In this document: positions 63,956 to 64,000 of the stretch, piece by piece
Numbering within the stretch: position 1 is the stretch's first letter
Layout of the letters: every line of letters starts with the position of its first letter
Origin: Hypanus sabinus
Lineage: Eukaryota
Assembly: GCF_030144855.1 (NCBI RefSeq)
Contig: NC_082707.1
Span: 71,176,001 to 71,240,000, forward strand
Length of the DNA stretch: 64,000 nucleotides
Direction: 5' to 3'
Notes under the pieces: generated by a model
The model's input: only the letters and a program-made list of their open reading frames with translations
What the model was told of the DNA's origin: nothing
Database searches by the model: none
Made by a program: the position numbers and the translations under genes

Positions 63956-64000
63956 GGGAAATTAGATTTATTGTCAATATTGCAGTTGTAAGCATAGAAG

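Overview
AT-rich, CpG-depleted eukaryotic DNA with no host protein-coding gene that I can support. The repeat families (CR1/HER1-type LINEs, V-SINE/HE1-like SINEs, Rex1/Babar LINEs, Penelope-like GIY-YIG elements, a Tc1 derivative) resemble those of cartilaginous fish such as rays or sharks; this is an inference. The main structure is a decayed ~9 kb endogenous retrovirus on the minus strand (24696-33760). It has a partial 5' LTR, a tRNA-Ser primer-binding site, gag remnants, PR-RT(YVDD)-RNaseH-IN, an internally deleted env, a PPT and a 3' LTR. Its RT looks class III (ERV-S/snakehead-retrovirus-like). It also carries an LTR fragment inside integrase flanked by an 18-bp duplication, plus nested LINE insertions. 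Other notable signals: (1) short Penelope-derived units carrying a minimal hammerhead-ribozyme motif, with one intact copy flanked by a 16-bp target-site duplication and two copies broken by CR1 insertions at the ribozyme core; (2) a perfect 61-bp-arm palindrome inside an old LINE; (3) a probable gene-conversion tract between two inverted CR1 copies 36 kb apart. Almost all ORFs in the supplied track are transposon fragments or chance ORFs. Family names come from motif recognition, not database searches, and boundaries of old repeats are approximate.
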